Shown here: positions 1 through 9,084 of the stretch, piece by piece
Position numbering within the stretch: the first letter of the stretch is position 1
Layout: each line of letters starts with the position of its first letter
Assembly (NCBI GenBank): GCA_012517325.1
Contig: JAAYVF010000132.1
Span: 9,665-73,664, forward strand
Reading direction: 5' to 3'
DNA length: 64,000 bases
Origin: Myxococcales bacterium
GTDB lineage: Bacteria > Lernaellota > Lernaellaia > Lernaellales > Lernaellaceae
Notes under the pieces: generated by a model
Database searches by the model: none
What the model saw: the letters and a program-made list of their open reading frames with translations, nothing else
What the model was told of the DNA's origin: nothing
Translations under genes and position numbers: made by a program

Positions 1-243
1 ATGAAAGCCACGAAGTTGAAGAACGATCTGGTCAGCGCGGCGAAGGTCGGCAGGCAAACGGGCCTATCCCGCCACACGATCCTGCGGCGAGCCAAGCAAG
101 GGCTGATCCCGAGCTACCGCTTCGGTCGGAACCTGATCCGGTTCGACCCGGACGAGGCCGTGGAAGCCCTGCTCGCGACCGGGCAACAGCAACAAGAAGC
201 CGGTCCCGAAGGCGACCCCACCGTGATCGCAGTCGACCAGTGA
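1..243 (+). CDS. Excisionase-family helix-turn-helix DNA-binding protein (AlpA/Xis-like)
   Basis: 80 aa. The motif GLSRHTILRRAKQGLIPSYRFGRNLIRF is typical of HTH_17/excise-family proteins. It sits next to the integrase and starts at the window edge with ATG. Confidence 0.55.
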   Translation: MKATKLKNDLVSAAKVGRQTGLSRHTILRRAKQGLIPSYRFGRNLIRFDPDEAVEALLATGQQQQEAGPEGDPTVIAVDQ

Positions 244-438
244 TTCGCGATCACACGACCCCGGCGCGGCGATGGTCGCGCCGGGGTGAGTTCGGCGATC
301 CCATGATCGCCGCCTGAGCGAGACGGTCGGCGGGCCGACCTAAATCGCCCGCAGAAGTTCTAACGAGCGCGACATGCGCAGCCGTGACGACGTGAGGCAG
401 GTCGTCGTGGTGGGGAGACGGAAGCACTCCCGACCCTG

Positions 439-855
439 ATGAGGGCCGGAGCTATGAACGAGAACAGTACGATCTTCGATCCGACCACCGAGCGGTTCCT
501 CGGGACCGTTGAACTGGGCGAGCTTCTCGGCTTGGACGCCAAGACGGTTGAGCGCCTGGCACGACGAGGGGAGCTGCCGGGCGTCCGTTACGGTCGGACC
601 TGGAAGTTCCTGCTGACCGATGTGCTACGATGGCATCGGCAACATAGCAGTGATGGCTCTCGCAGGAAGGAGGATTCCGATGCGAAGACGAGAGCCAATA
701 GCACGAGTGATGCGCCTGGTAGGCGGCGGATGGCAAGGCCGGTTCTGGTACACGAACCAGACCGGAGACCGAATTCGCTTCCGCCTTCAGATTTCTTCAA
801 CGGGGACAAGGCGAGAAGCGGAGACGAAGGCGGCGGAACTGAAGCGACAAGCTGA
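439..855 (+). CDS. Second excisionase-family HTH protein. The start is ambiguous (439 or 454), and the C-terminal low-complexity part overlaps the integrase start.
   Basis: LGTVELGELLGLDAKTVERLARRGELPGVRYGRTWKF is an excise-family HTH. The frame stays open to 855 while the integrase (SD-supported) starts at 680, giving an unusual 175-nt overlap. Confidence 0.45.
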   Translation: MRAGAMNENSTIFDPTTERFLGTVELGELLGLDAKTVERLARRGELPGVRYGRTWKFLLTDVLRWHRQHSSDGSRRKEDSDAKTRANSTSDAPGRRRMARPVLVHEPDRRPNSLPPSDFFNGDKARSGDEGGGTEATS

Positions 856-1954
856 CCGGCTCGGATACGTACCCGGATTCAACGATCCCCCGCCACCGCC
901 GGAGGTAGAGGTTCGCTACACATTCTCCGGTTTCTCGGAGAGGTTCTACAAGCTCTACGCCTTGGTGGAGAACGGTCGGAGCGAGCAGAGGAACAAGGAG
1001 AGCCATATAAGAAACCATCTACTGCCTTTCTTCGGTGACATGGACATCCGCGACATCGACGCCGAGAAGGTGGCCGAGTTCAAGGCGGTCATGCAGAAGA
1101 AGCTGAAGGCGCTGCCACCGAAGACGAAGACGATGAAAAAAAGGCAAGAGAACGAGGTCGTTTCGCCAAGTACGATCAACAGAAGTCTGGGTACCTTGAG
1201 GAAGATGATGAACGTAGCTTGCGACTGGAGGTACATCAGTTCGGTGCCGAAGATCAGAGACCTGCGGCTCGACCCCGTCGAGCAGGACTGTTTCACCATC
1301 GAGGAGCGCGACCTCTTCCTTGAAACCTGCCTGAAGTACAGGCCGGAGTGGCACTGCTTCTTCGCGGTTCTGGCCCACACGGGCCTCCGAAGAGGAGAAG
1401 CTGCCGCGCTAAGATGGGAGGACATCCAGTTCGCCGACCGAACGATCCGCGTTCGGCGCTCAAGGGATCGAGATGGCACCGAAGGGCCGCCCAAGACTCG
1501 CGAGTTCCGAACGGTTGAGATGAACAGCTTCGTGTATGAACTGCTCAAGGCCCATCAGCACCTCAAGGGGCCTTACGTCTTCTACAACTCGGCCGGTGGG
1601 AAGCTGGACATCAACGGAGGCGCGAAGGTGCTCAAGTGGGTGTGCCGCATGGCTGGGCTCAGGGCCATACGGATACATGATTTCCGGCACACCTTCGTGA
1701 CCACCGCTCTCGACAAGACGGGAGACGTTTTTGCGGTCATGAAGATCGCCGGGCACAAGCACCTTTCCACTACCCAAAGGTATGGCCACGAAAACAAGGC
1801 GGCGCGGCGGAGAACAGTGGAGAGCATCGTCACCAAGAAGTCCGAAGGTGCGACGGTGGCGACGCCGGATTCTGAAACCCCAGCTTGCGCGCAACTGGCA
1901 ACGGAGGTGGCAACGGAGCCTCTGAAGCTGAAAATCGTCGGGAGTGAGCAATGA
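680..1954 (+). CDS. Tyrosine-type site-specific integrase
   Basis: The C-terminal catalytic region HDFRHTFVTTALDKTGDVFAVMKIAGHKHLSTTQRYGH carries the R..HxxR..Y signature. An AGGAGG sequence lies 6 nt upstream of the ATG at 680. It abuts a tRNA. Confidence 0.85.
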   Translation: MRRREPIARVMRLVGGGWQGRFWYTNQTGDRIRFRLQISSTGTRREAETKAAELKRQADRLGYVPGFNDPPPPPEVEVRYTFSGFSERFYKLYALVENGRSEQRNKESHIRNHLLPFFGDMDIRDIDAEKVAEFKAVMQKKLKALPPKTKTMKKRQENEVVSPSTINRSLGTLRKMMNVACDWRYISSVPKIRDLRLDPVEQDCFTIEERDLFLETCLKYRPEWHCFFAVLAHTGLRRGEAAALRWEDIQFADRTIRVRRSRDRDGTEGPPKTREFRTVEMNSFVYELLKAHQHLKGPYVFYNSAGGKLDINGGAKVLKWVCRMAGLRAIRIHDFRHTFVTTALDKTGDVFAVMKIAGHKHLSTTQRYGHENKAARRRTVESIVTKKSEGATVATPDSETPACAQLATEVATEPLKLKIVGSEQ

Positions 1955-1998
1955 GAAAGGCCCGCAAGATCATCGTCTTGCGGGCCTCACAAAAGAAG

Positions 1999-2072
1999 TC
2001 GGGATGACTGGATTTGAACCAGCGGCCCCCTACTCCCGAAGCAGGTGCTCTACCAGGCTGAGCCACATCCCG
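1999..2072 (-). tRNA. tRNA-Pro (anticodon CGG)
   Basis: The reverse complement folds as a cloverleaf: acceptor stem CGGGATG/CATCCCG, D-stem GCTC/GAGC, anticodon stem CCTGC/GTAGG, loop TTCGGGA (anticodon CGG), T-loop TTCAAAT and discriminator A. CCA is not encoded. Confidence 0.8.
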
Positions 2073-2111
2073 ATCCTGGGATGCCTCTTATAGTCAAAAA
2101 TAGGAATGGCG

Positions 2112-3650
2112 TCAAGAGGTTTCAAAACCGGCCGCATCCAAATCGGCCAACCCGCGCACCAATCGGCCGAAATCGAGAAACGAGGAATAGAGATAAACGC
2201 CGTAGCGCAGCATCAGCGGGTCCGCGACCGAGCCACCCCAGGTCGATACGGCCCGTTTGAAGAACAAAGCTTTTTCCAGCGTCACGGTTTGGCCGAGACG
2301 AAGACTGTCCATCATTCGGAGCGAGCCGGCCACCAACAAATCGCCATACCCCTGCTGCGGCGATCGATCGGGATCGGTCCAAATCCAGGGATGATCCAGC
2401 CGCGCCGCCCGGACATTGAACGACCGATCGGCCGAGTAGGAAAGAATCAGGTAGTCGGTGCCAGGAACCGGTTGCACGGAGAACTCGCCGAAAACCGGCT
2501 CCGCGATAATCGGCTTTGCCTCGTCGATCGCCCCACGGGCCCAACACTCGCTCGGATCGCCGGTATAATAATAAATCCGCGCGGCCGATTGGGGGCTCTC
2601 CAGATCGTCCAAGCTGAGATAGGCCAGATAAAGCGAGCTCTCGCGGTAATCGAGACTGAAATCGAGCGAGCATGCCGCCCAGGATTCCGCGCTGCCGCCA
2701 TCCAGGTCGTTGTCGAGGTCCATCCCACTGCCGTAAATCAACAAACCACGCTCCCCCGATTTCGTCCAAGGGATCCCGCACGCGTCATTCGCCGGCGGGA
2801 GTCGATCGCGTTCGACCAGGACCGGCGCCGCCTGGATGAATTTCTTCTCGGCGAACAACGACAGATGGCGCCATTCCCCGCTTGCCACATCCATCGCCAA
2901 AAGATGCGATTGATCGCATCGCGGGTTGTTGAGATACTTCCCATACCAATAGTAAATGGTTTCCTCATCCACTTGAATCACTCCCGTCGGTACGGAGTAA
3001 CCAAGTTCCAACCCGCGGGGAGCACCATCGACAAAAATCCGGTTTTGCTCGAATTCGGTCAGTAAGCCGGTTGCCTCGCCGGACGCATCAAAGGCGGCCT
3101 GTTCGGTCACCGAAACGTATTGAAGTCCTCCATCCAGGTCGGCCGAGGCCTCCACCCAATCCAGCGTACCGTCGCCGTTGAAATCGTACGTATACGGCAC
3201 GCCAAGGAGCGAACCACCGACCCAGAGCCGACCCGAAATCCAGCGGCTTTTCGGGATGGAATCGCCGAAGAAATAAAGAGTCGCGTCACCGACCCGGACG
3301 CTGTAACCGAGATCGGTGCCCCAGATCAGGTTCTCACTGAAATTAGCCGGCAGACCGGGAGCGGGGAGATCGCCGGGCAATCTGCGTCCCGCCAAGAAGT
3401 TCCGTTCGTAATGGCAGATTTCCACCGCCAGCCCATCGCCATCCGCGCTCAAGCAATGTGAGTAATCCACTTCCTCGCTCGGATTGACGAGGGCATTCGT
3501 CCCTTCCCACTGGCTGGCGGCGACTGCCGGGCGATGCCAAGCCAACCCGATCGCGATCACAAAAAAGAGGTGGATGAAGGATTGAATCCGGGCTTGGCGA
3601 TCGATTCGGCCGGACCGGAAAAACAAAGATGTGCAATACAAGTTGTTCAT
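2112..3650 (-). CDS. Secreted hypothetical protein with FG-GAP/VCBS-like Asp-Gly motifs
   Basis: 512 aa with an N-terminal hydrophobic signal segment. It contains DFNGDGTLDW and LDNDLDGG motifs. I recognise no catalytic signature. Confidence 0.55.
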   Translation of the reverse strand: MNNLYCTSLFFRSGRIDRQARIQSFIHLFFVIAIGLAWHRPAVAASQWEGTNALVNPSEEVDYSHCLSADGDGLAVEICHYERNFLAGRRLPGDLPAPGLPANFSENLIWGTDLGYSVRVGDATLYFFGDSIPKSRWISGRLWVGGSLLGVPYTYDFNGDGTLDWVEASADLDGGLQYVSVTEQAAFDASGEATGLLTEFEQNRIFVDGAPRGLELGYSVPTGVIQVDEETIYYWYGKYLNNPRCDQSHLLAMDVASGEWRHLSLFAEKKFIQAAPVLVERDRLPPANDACGIPWTKSGERGLLIYGSGMDLDNDLDGGSAESWAACSLDFSLDYRESSLYLAYLSLDDLESPQSAARIYYYTGDPSECWARGAIDEAKPIIAEPVFGEFSVQPVPGTDYLILSYSADRSFNVRAARLDHPWIWTDPDRSPQQGYGDLLVAGSLRMMDSLRLGQTVTLEKALFFKRAVSTWGGSVADPLMLRYGVYLYSSFLDFGRLVRGLADLDAAGFETS

Positions 3651-3990
3651 GGTCCCAACTTCGGCAACCCGGCCATCTCGACAAGCGAGATCCGTCGGCT
3701 TTGCGTCCCCACCTCGCGGCGGGTTTGCCTTTATCGGTCGGGGAAAACGCGCGACTCATTTCGCGCGGTCCGCAACCGGATGTCTATTAATGGTTTCGAC
3801 GGCTCCGCGAAAAGACTTTACCTTTTTCCAAAAACATCACCGCTATTTTCACGATCCAACGTCCATTCATGGTTTGATCGTTGTATATTTACACCAGCGG
3901 TTGACCTTTTACTCGCCACATAATGGGCTTTAGCCACTACCGATCATATAGATATAATAGAATTCACGCGAAACAAAACGGGGATTTCAT

Positions 3991-4653
3991 TCAAACCTTG
4001 ATTTGCTCGGCTTGGCGCATGGCGCGAATCGGCACGGCATAGTCGGGTTGCGAGAAGACCGCGTTGCCGGCCACGAAGGCGTCGGCGCCGGCCTGCAACA
4101 CCTCGCGAATGTTGCCCGGCCCCACCCCGCCGTCGATTTCGAGGATCACGTCGCCCCGTCCGGCCTCGACGAGCAGGCGGCGCATCCGGCGGATCTTCTC
4201 CAGTGTGCGCGGGATGAACATCTGGCCGCCGAATCCGGGATTCACGCTCATCAGCAGCACCAGGTCGACGTCGCCCAGCACGTCGGCGATTGCCTCGACC
4301 GGCGTCGCCGGATTCAGCGACACGCCCGCTTTTTTGCCGGCAGCCTTGATCTGCTGCAGCACGCGGTGCAGATGCGTGCACGCTTCCTCGTGGACCACGA
4401 TGTAATCCGCGCCCGCCGCCGCGAATTCCTCGACGTAGCGGCCCGGATCGACAATCATCAGATGCACGTCCAGCGGCAGCTTCGTGACCTGCCGCAACAA
4501 CCGCACGACCGGCTGGCCGATGGTGATGTTCGGCACGAAAACCCCGTCCATGACATCGACGTGGATCCAGTCGGCCCCGGCGGCTTCCACGGCGCGGATT
4601 TCCTCGCCGAGCCGGGTGAAATCGGCGGACAGAATGCTGGGCGCGATAATCAT
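3991..4653 (-). CDS. rpe: Ribulose-phosphate 3-epimerase
   Basis: MIIAPSILSADFTRLGEEI...HVDVMDGVFVPN...SVNPGFGGQ is canonical Rpe. The upstream ORF extension was trimmed to this ATG. Confidence 0.9.
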   Translation of the reverse strand: MIIAPSILSADFTRLGEEIRAVEAAGADWIHVDVMDGVFVPNITIGQPVVRLLRQVTKLPLDVHLMIVDPGRYVEEFAAAGADYIVVHEEACTHLHRVLQQIKAAGKKAGVSLNPATPVEAIADVLGDVDLVLLMSVNPGFGGQMFIPRTLEKIRRMRRLLVEAGRGDVILEIDGGVGPGNIREVLQAGADAFVAGNAVFSQPDYAVPIRAMRQAEQIKV

Positions 4654-4654
4654 G

Positions 4655-5986
4655 TCATTTCCTCCGGAAACGGGCGGCAAACATTCCCTCGGCGCCGGTG
4701 CGCGGCGGCAGCGAAAGGAAGGTGCCGTCTGCTTGTAGGAACCCATCGTACCGCGAGGCGAAGTCGGGACGCAAATCGTCCCGGACAAAGTCGGCCCGCT
4801 CGTTCAGAAACCGCTCTGTCACGCTGGTCGTTTCGGCCGCGGTCAGCGTGCAAACCGAATAGAGCAGGACGCCGCCGGGGCGCAATCCGTCCGCTGCCCG
4901 CCGGCAGATTTCCAATTGCAGGTCGGCAAGTCGCGCCGGATCGCCCGCGGTCGCCTGGTATTTGATTTCCGGCTGCTTGGCCAGCGTGCCGAGCGCGGTG
5001 CAAGGCGCGTCGATCAGGATCCGATCGAACGGGCCTTGTTCGCGGTAAAAATCACCCGGCGCGGCGGCGTCGAGTTGCCGGACTTCCGCCCAGGTGATTC
5101 CCAGTCGCTGAAACGTGGATTGCAGCAACCGCAAGCGGTTCGGATGCAGATCGCCCGCCACCAGTCGGCCTTGGGGACCGACCTTCGTCGCCAGAAACGA
5201 GCTTTTACCGCCGGGTGCGGCGCAGAGATCCGCCACCTTTTCGCCGGCGCGCACGTCCAGCAGATCGCCGACGATCTGCGACGCCTCGCCCTGCACCAGG
5301 AAAGCTCCCGCGGTCAAAAGCGGATGTTGCAAGGCGGGTTCCAGGCGCGGCAACCGCACGCCCCAGGGAGAATGAGGGGTCGGGCTCGGTTCCAGGTCGG
5401 TCAGCGCAACCAGGAGGGCGTCTCGATCCATTTGCAGCGGATTGACGCGCACCACGGCCGGCGGGGTGGCCTGATCGGCCTGCGCGATGGCGACCGCCGT
5501 TTCCTCGCCGAACAGGCGCGCCCATTCGCGCAGTATCCAGAGAGGATGCGACCAGCGAATCGCCGCGACGGCCAGCGGATCTTTTCCGGCGGGCACGGGC
5601 AGATCGTTTTTGCGTCGTTGCACGGTACGCAACAAGGCGTTGACCAGCCCCGCCGCGCGGCGCGGCGCCAGTTTCACCGATTCGTCCACCGCCGCGTATT
5701 CGGGAACCCGATCCAGAGACAACAGTTGGTAGGCACCCAGCCGCAGCGCATCGGCCACGCGGTTTTCCATCCGGCCGATCGGCTGGCGCGAAAAGTTGTC
5801 GAGCAACCAGTCGAGGTAGATGCGCTGCCGCAAAACACCGTAGACCAGCTCGGTGACCAGACCGCGATCGTGGTCGGCTAGTTCGTTTTTCTGGAATTCG
5901 GCGTTCAAGGCCAGATCGGCGTAGGCGCGGTGCTGACGAATACGGCGCAACACGTTCAACGCGACTTCGCGGGCCGAGGCGGCCAC
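4655..5986 (-). CDS. rsmB: 16S rRNA (cytosine967-C5)-methyltransferase RsmB/Sun
   Basis: An N-terminal NusB-like region is followed by a methyltransferase core (DLCAAPGGKS, IDAPCTALG, PGGVLLYSVCT). It is the last-but-one gene of the def-fmt-rsmB-rpe operon and starts with GTG directly after the fmt stop. Confidence 0.85.
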   Translation of the reverse strand: MAASAREVALNVLRRIRQHRAYADLALNAEFQKNELADHDRGLVTELVYGVLRQRIYLDWLLDNFSRQPIGRMENRVADALRLGAYQLLSLDRVPEYAAVDESVKLAPRRAAGLVNALLRTVQRRKNDLPVPAGKDPLAVAAIRWSHPLWILREWARLFGEETAVAIAQADQATPPAVVRVNPLQMDRDALLVALTDLEPSPTPHSPWGVRLPRLEPALQHPLLTAGAFLVQGEASQIVGDLLDVRAGEKVADLCAAPGGKSSFLATKVGPQGRLVAGDLHPNRLRLLQSTFQRLGITWAEVRQLDAAAPGDFYREQGPFDRILIDAPCTALGTLAKQPEIKYQATAGDPARLADLQLEICRRAADGLRPGGVLLYSVCTLTAAETTSVTERFLNERADFVRDDLRPDFASRYDGFLQADGTFLSLPPRTGAEGMFAARFRRK

Positions 5987-6910
5987 TTATTTCGCCTCCA
6001 ACCGGTCGCCTTCGCACAGGCGGACGCCGTTGAGAAACGCGGCGGCATCCATCGCCTTCTTGCCCTCCACCTGGACCGACAGCAGCCGGAGCGCGCCCTC
6101 GCCAGCGGCGACTATCAAGTCTTTTTTCGCCCGCAGGACGGTGCCCGGAGCGCCGGCGCCGTCGACGCATTCGGCCCGCAGAAGCTTGATCGTCTTCCCC
6201 TGCCAGAAGGTATAGGCGCCCGGCCAGGGATTCATTCCGCGCAAGCGGGCGGCGATGATCCGCGCGGGCCGGGTCCAGTCGACGAGGCCGTCTTCCTTTT
6301 TCAGCATCGGCGCGTAGGAAGCGCCGTCCGCCGGTTGCGGCCGGGGCTGGATTTTATCGGCCAGCCAGTCGCGCAGGGTTTCGAGCAGCAGCGGTCCGGC
6401 GCAAGCGGCCAGTTTTTCGAGCAGCGAGCCGGCGTCGTCCGCGGGATCGATCGGCACTTCACGCTGGGAAAGAATCGGGCCGGTGTCGATGCCCTCGTCC
6501 ATTTTCATGATCGTCACGCCGGTGACCGTCCGGCCGTCGGCGATCGCCCAGTTGACCGGCGCCGCGCCGCGATAGGCCGGCAACAGGCTGGCGTGCGCGT
6601 TAACGCACCCGAAGGGCGGCGCGTCCAGCAAGGCCGGGCGCAAAATCTTACCGAAAGCCGCGACGACGATGACCTCCGGCTCATCGGCCAGAATCCGCTC
6701 GCGATCCGCGCGAGTGATTTTTTCGGGTTGCAGGATCGGAAGGCCGGCTTCCAGGGCTACGGTCTTCACGGGGGGCGCGGCCAGACGGCGGTCCCGTCCC
6801 GCGCCGCGGTCGGGCTGCGTCACCACCAGGGAAGGACGCTCGCCCATCGTCAGAAAATAGCGAAGGATGGTGGCCGCGTATTGCGGCGTGCCGAGGTAGA
6901 CAAAGCGCAT
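5987..6910 (-). CDS. fmt: Methionyl-tRNA formyltransferase
   Basis: MRFVYLGTPQYAATIL... with formyltransferase N- and C-domains. It sits between def and rsmB, as is usual. Confidence 0.9.
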   Translation of the reverse strand: MRFVYLGTPQYAATILRYFLTMGERPSLVVTQPDRGAGRDRRLAAPPVKTVALEAGLPILQPEKITRADRERILADEPEVIVVAAFGKILRPALLDAPPFGCVNAHASLLPAYRGAAPVNWAIADGRTVTGVTIMKMDEGIDTGPILSQREVPIDPADDAGSLLEKLAACAGPLLLETLRDWLADKIQPRPQPADGASYAPMLKKEDGLVDWTRPARIIAARLRGMNPWPGAYTFWQGKTIKLLRAECVDGAGAPGTVLRAKKDLIVAAGEGALRLLSVQVEGKKAMDAAAFLNGVRLCEGDRLEAK

Positions 6911-6913
6911 GGA

Positions 6914-7438
6914 TCAACCGTTGTTGGCGGATTGAAGCTTTTGCTTCTTCAACCGTTTCTTGATGGCGGCGCGCTTCAGCGGGCTGAGGTGATCGATGAA
7001 CAGAACACCGTTCAGGTGATCGATTTCGTGTTGCAGAACAATGGCCAGATAGCCCTTACCGTCGATTTCCATCAGATGGCCGTCGGGGTCCTGCGCCTCG
7101 ACCTTGACGTGCGCGAAGCGCGGCACTTCGGCCCGTTCTTCCGGCACCGACAGGCAGCCTTCATCGATCGAGGCTTCGCCCTCGGCGAAAACGATGCGGG
7201 GGTTGATCAGCGCGACCAGCCCCGTGTTGATGTTCTCTTCCTGATCGCGGACGTCGATCACGATGACCTGCTGCAACACGCCGACCTGATTGGCGGCCAG
7301 ACCGACTCCCGGCGCGGCGTAAAGTGTTTCGGCCATGTCGCGCACCAGTTTTTTCAAATCGTCGTTGAACTTCGTGACCGGCTTGGCTTTTTCACGCAAG
7401 ACTGGGTCGGGGAAGGTATGGATCGGTTTCAGCGCCAT
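6914..7438 (-). CDS. def: Peptide deformylase
   Basis: GVGLAANQVG, EGCLSVP and HEIDHLNG are the three conserved Def motifs. Confidence 0.92.
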   Translation of the reverse strand: MALKPIHTFPDPVLREKAKPVTKFNDDLKKLVRDMAETLYAAPGVGLAANQVGVLQQVIVIDVRDQEENINTGLVALINPRIVFAEGEASIDEGCLSVPEERAEVPRFAHVKVEAQDPDGHLMEIDGKGYLAIVLQHEIDHLNGVLFIDHLSPLKRAAIKKRLKKQKLQSANNG

Positions 7439-9072
7439 TAGTCACCCTTTTGCTTCGTTTTCGGTTCAACCGCCGGGAGTTCAAGGAAAAAAGTGCTGCC
7501 GGCGCCTTTTTCGCTCTCCACCCACAGGCGGCCACCGTGACTTTCAATTATACCATAACTAATCGACAATCCCAGTCCAGTGCCCTCCCCCACTTTTTTC
7601 GTCGTAAAAAACGGGTCGAAAACATGCGGGATATCCTGGGGATCGATGCCGATGCCGGAATCGCGGATCGCCACTTGCACCAGGCCGTCCCGGGATCGCG
7701 TGCTGATCGTGATTTTGCCTTTTGCCGGGATCGCCTGGACGGAATTGTGCAAAATATTCATGAATACCTGATTGAGCTGCCCAGGATTGCCGGAAATGGG
7801 CGGCAAGGGCTCGAAATCACGTTCGATTTCGATCCGGTCCTTGTATTGGTAGTACAATAGTTGCAGCGTGGATTCGAGGCCTTCCAACAAATTCACGTCT
7901 TCGCGCACGCCCGAATCCAGGCGGGAAAAGACGCGCAGGTTCTGCACGATGGTCTTCATCCGTTCGGCGCCGGTGGCGATGTTTTTGACGATCTTCTGGA
8001 TATCCTCGGTCAGATACCCGAATTCCGCCTGGGTCTTGAGCCGGTCGATCTCCCGCCGCATTTCCTCCGACAAGGGAAGATTGTCGTATTCCTGGATGAT
8101 CTCAAAAATGACGCGAAGGTTGTCGGCGAGCAGCTTGGTGGACGCCGAGACGAAATTGAGCGGGTTGTTGATTTCGTGCGCCAGACCGGAAACCAGCACG
8201 CCCAACGACGCCATCTTTTCGGAATTGACGAGCTGCATCTGGGCTTCTTTTTGCGCCTCGTAGGCCTTGCGAAGCTGCTCGTTGGTGCGGCGCAATTCGG
8301 CATTGGCCGCCGCGAGTTGCCGCGACCGGATTTCGACGCTGCGTTCCAGCTTGATGCGCAAGGTCACATCGCGGGTCAATTCCAAGCCGGCGACGATGTT
8401 CCCCTGCTGGTCGCGGATCGGGCTGCCGGTGGCCTCGTAATAGCGCAGGTTGCCGTGCTTGTCGTAAACCCGCCGCAGGCTGCGATGGATTTGCCCGGTT
8501 TCCATGGCGATTTTCACCGGACAACCGGTGCACAACTCGCCCTTGTGTTCGTATACCCGGTAGCAATATTCGCCGACCTGGTTGCCGAACACCTCGATCA
8601 TCGGATCGTTGAGGTAAATGACCCGCATGTCGCGGTCGACGATGCTGATGCCGTCGCCGATGCTCTGCAGGAAGGCTTCGACCTGCTGTTTTTCGCCGGC
8701 CAGTTCGGTTTCGACTTCCCGGCGGATTTTCTGCTCGAGCTCGGGGCGACGGGTATCGATCAGTTTGGAAGCCTGATTGATGTTTTGCCACAAGGCCAGC
8801 AATTCCGGTTCACCCCGGAAATCGGTCGCGCCTTCGATCGGCCGTCCCGCGACGACCTCCTTGGCCTTGGATTCCAGCAGTCGCAAGCGCCGCACGTGTT
8901 GGCGTCCGAAAACGAAGGAAATCAGCAGGGCAACCGTCACTCCGGCCAGCAGCGGTACGAGCAGGGACGTTTGTGGAAAAAGGGTGTGAACGATCAACAT
9001 GACGACGGCGGGCAAAAGCGAAGCCAGACCAAGCCAGATCGCCATTTTCGTCAGAAAGCCGACGGGTTTCAT
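7438..9072 (-). CDS. Sensor histidine kinase (TM - HAMP - PAS - HisKA - HATPase)
   Basis: An N-terminal TM segment is followed by a PAS region with the Cys cluster CYRVYEHKGELCTGC. The H-box is LAHEINNPL, and the C-terminal HATPase motifs are DSGIGI and GTGLGLSIS. Its stop overlaps the def start by 1 nt. Confidence 0.8.
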   Translation of the reverse strand: MKPVGFLTKMAIWLGLASLLPAVVMLIVHTLFPQTSLLVPLLAGVTVALLISFVFGRQHVRRLRLLESKAKEVVAGRPIEGATDFRGEPELLALWQNINQASKLIDTRRPELEQKIRREVETELAGEKQQVEAFLQSIGDGISIVDRDMRVIYLNDPMIEVFGNQVGEYCYRVYEHKGELCTGCPVKIAMETGQIHRSLRRVYDKHGNLRYYEATGSPIRDQQGNIVAGLELTRDVTLRIKLERSVEIRSRQLAAANAELRRTNEQLRKAYEAQKEAQMQLVNSEKMASLGVLVSGLAHEINNPLNFVSASTKLLADNLRVIFEIIQEYDNLPLSEEMRREIDRLKTQAEFGYLTEDIQKIVKNIATGAERMKTIVQNLRVFSRLDSGVREDVNLLEGLESTLQLLYYQYKDRIEIERDFEPLPPISGNPGQLNQVFMNILHNSVQAIPAKGKITISTRSRDGLVQVAIRDSGIGIDPQDIPHVFDPFFTTKKVGEGTGLGLSISYGIIESHGGRLWVESEKGAGSTFFLELPAVEPKTKQKGD

Positions 9073-9084
9073 CTTCCGGCCGAC

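Larger units (their letters stand above)
1..2072. mobile_element. Right-hand end of an integrated element. Two excisionase-family HTH genes and a tyrosine integrase are oriented toward the 3' end of tRNA-Pro; the element body lies left of the window start.
   Basis: The integrase (680..1954) ends 45 nt from the 3' end of a minus-strand tRNA-Pro (1999..2072). Excisionase-like HTH genes lie directly upstream. This is the classic layout of a tRNA-targeting integrase. Confidence 0.6.

Noticed and set aside
2106-3065. 319-aa plus-strand ORF and 219-aa minus ORF (2122..2781) near the tRNA
   Set aside because: These are alternative frames of the 512-aa secreted protein gene. There is no independent support.
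3991-4788. N-terminal 45-aa extension of the rpe ORF
   Set aside because: The conserved Rpe N-terminus begins at MIIAPSIL (4653). The extension overlaps rsmB.
5930-7441. 503-aa plus-strand ORF spanning fmt and def
   Set aside because: It is antisense to two well-supported housekeeping genes. Its Arg/Gly/Ala-rich low-complexity translation is typical of GC-rich antisense frames.
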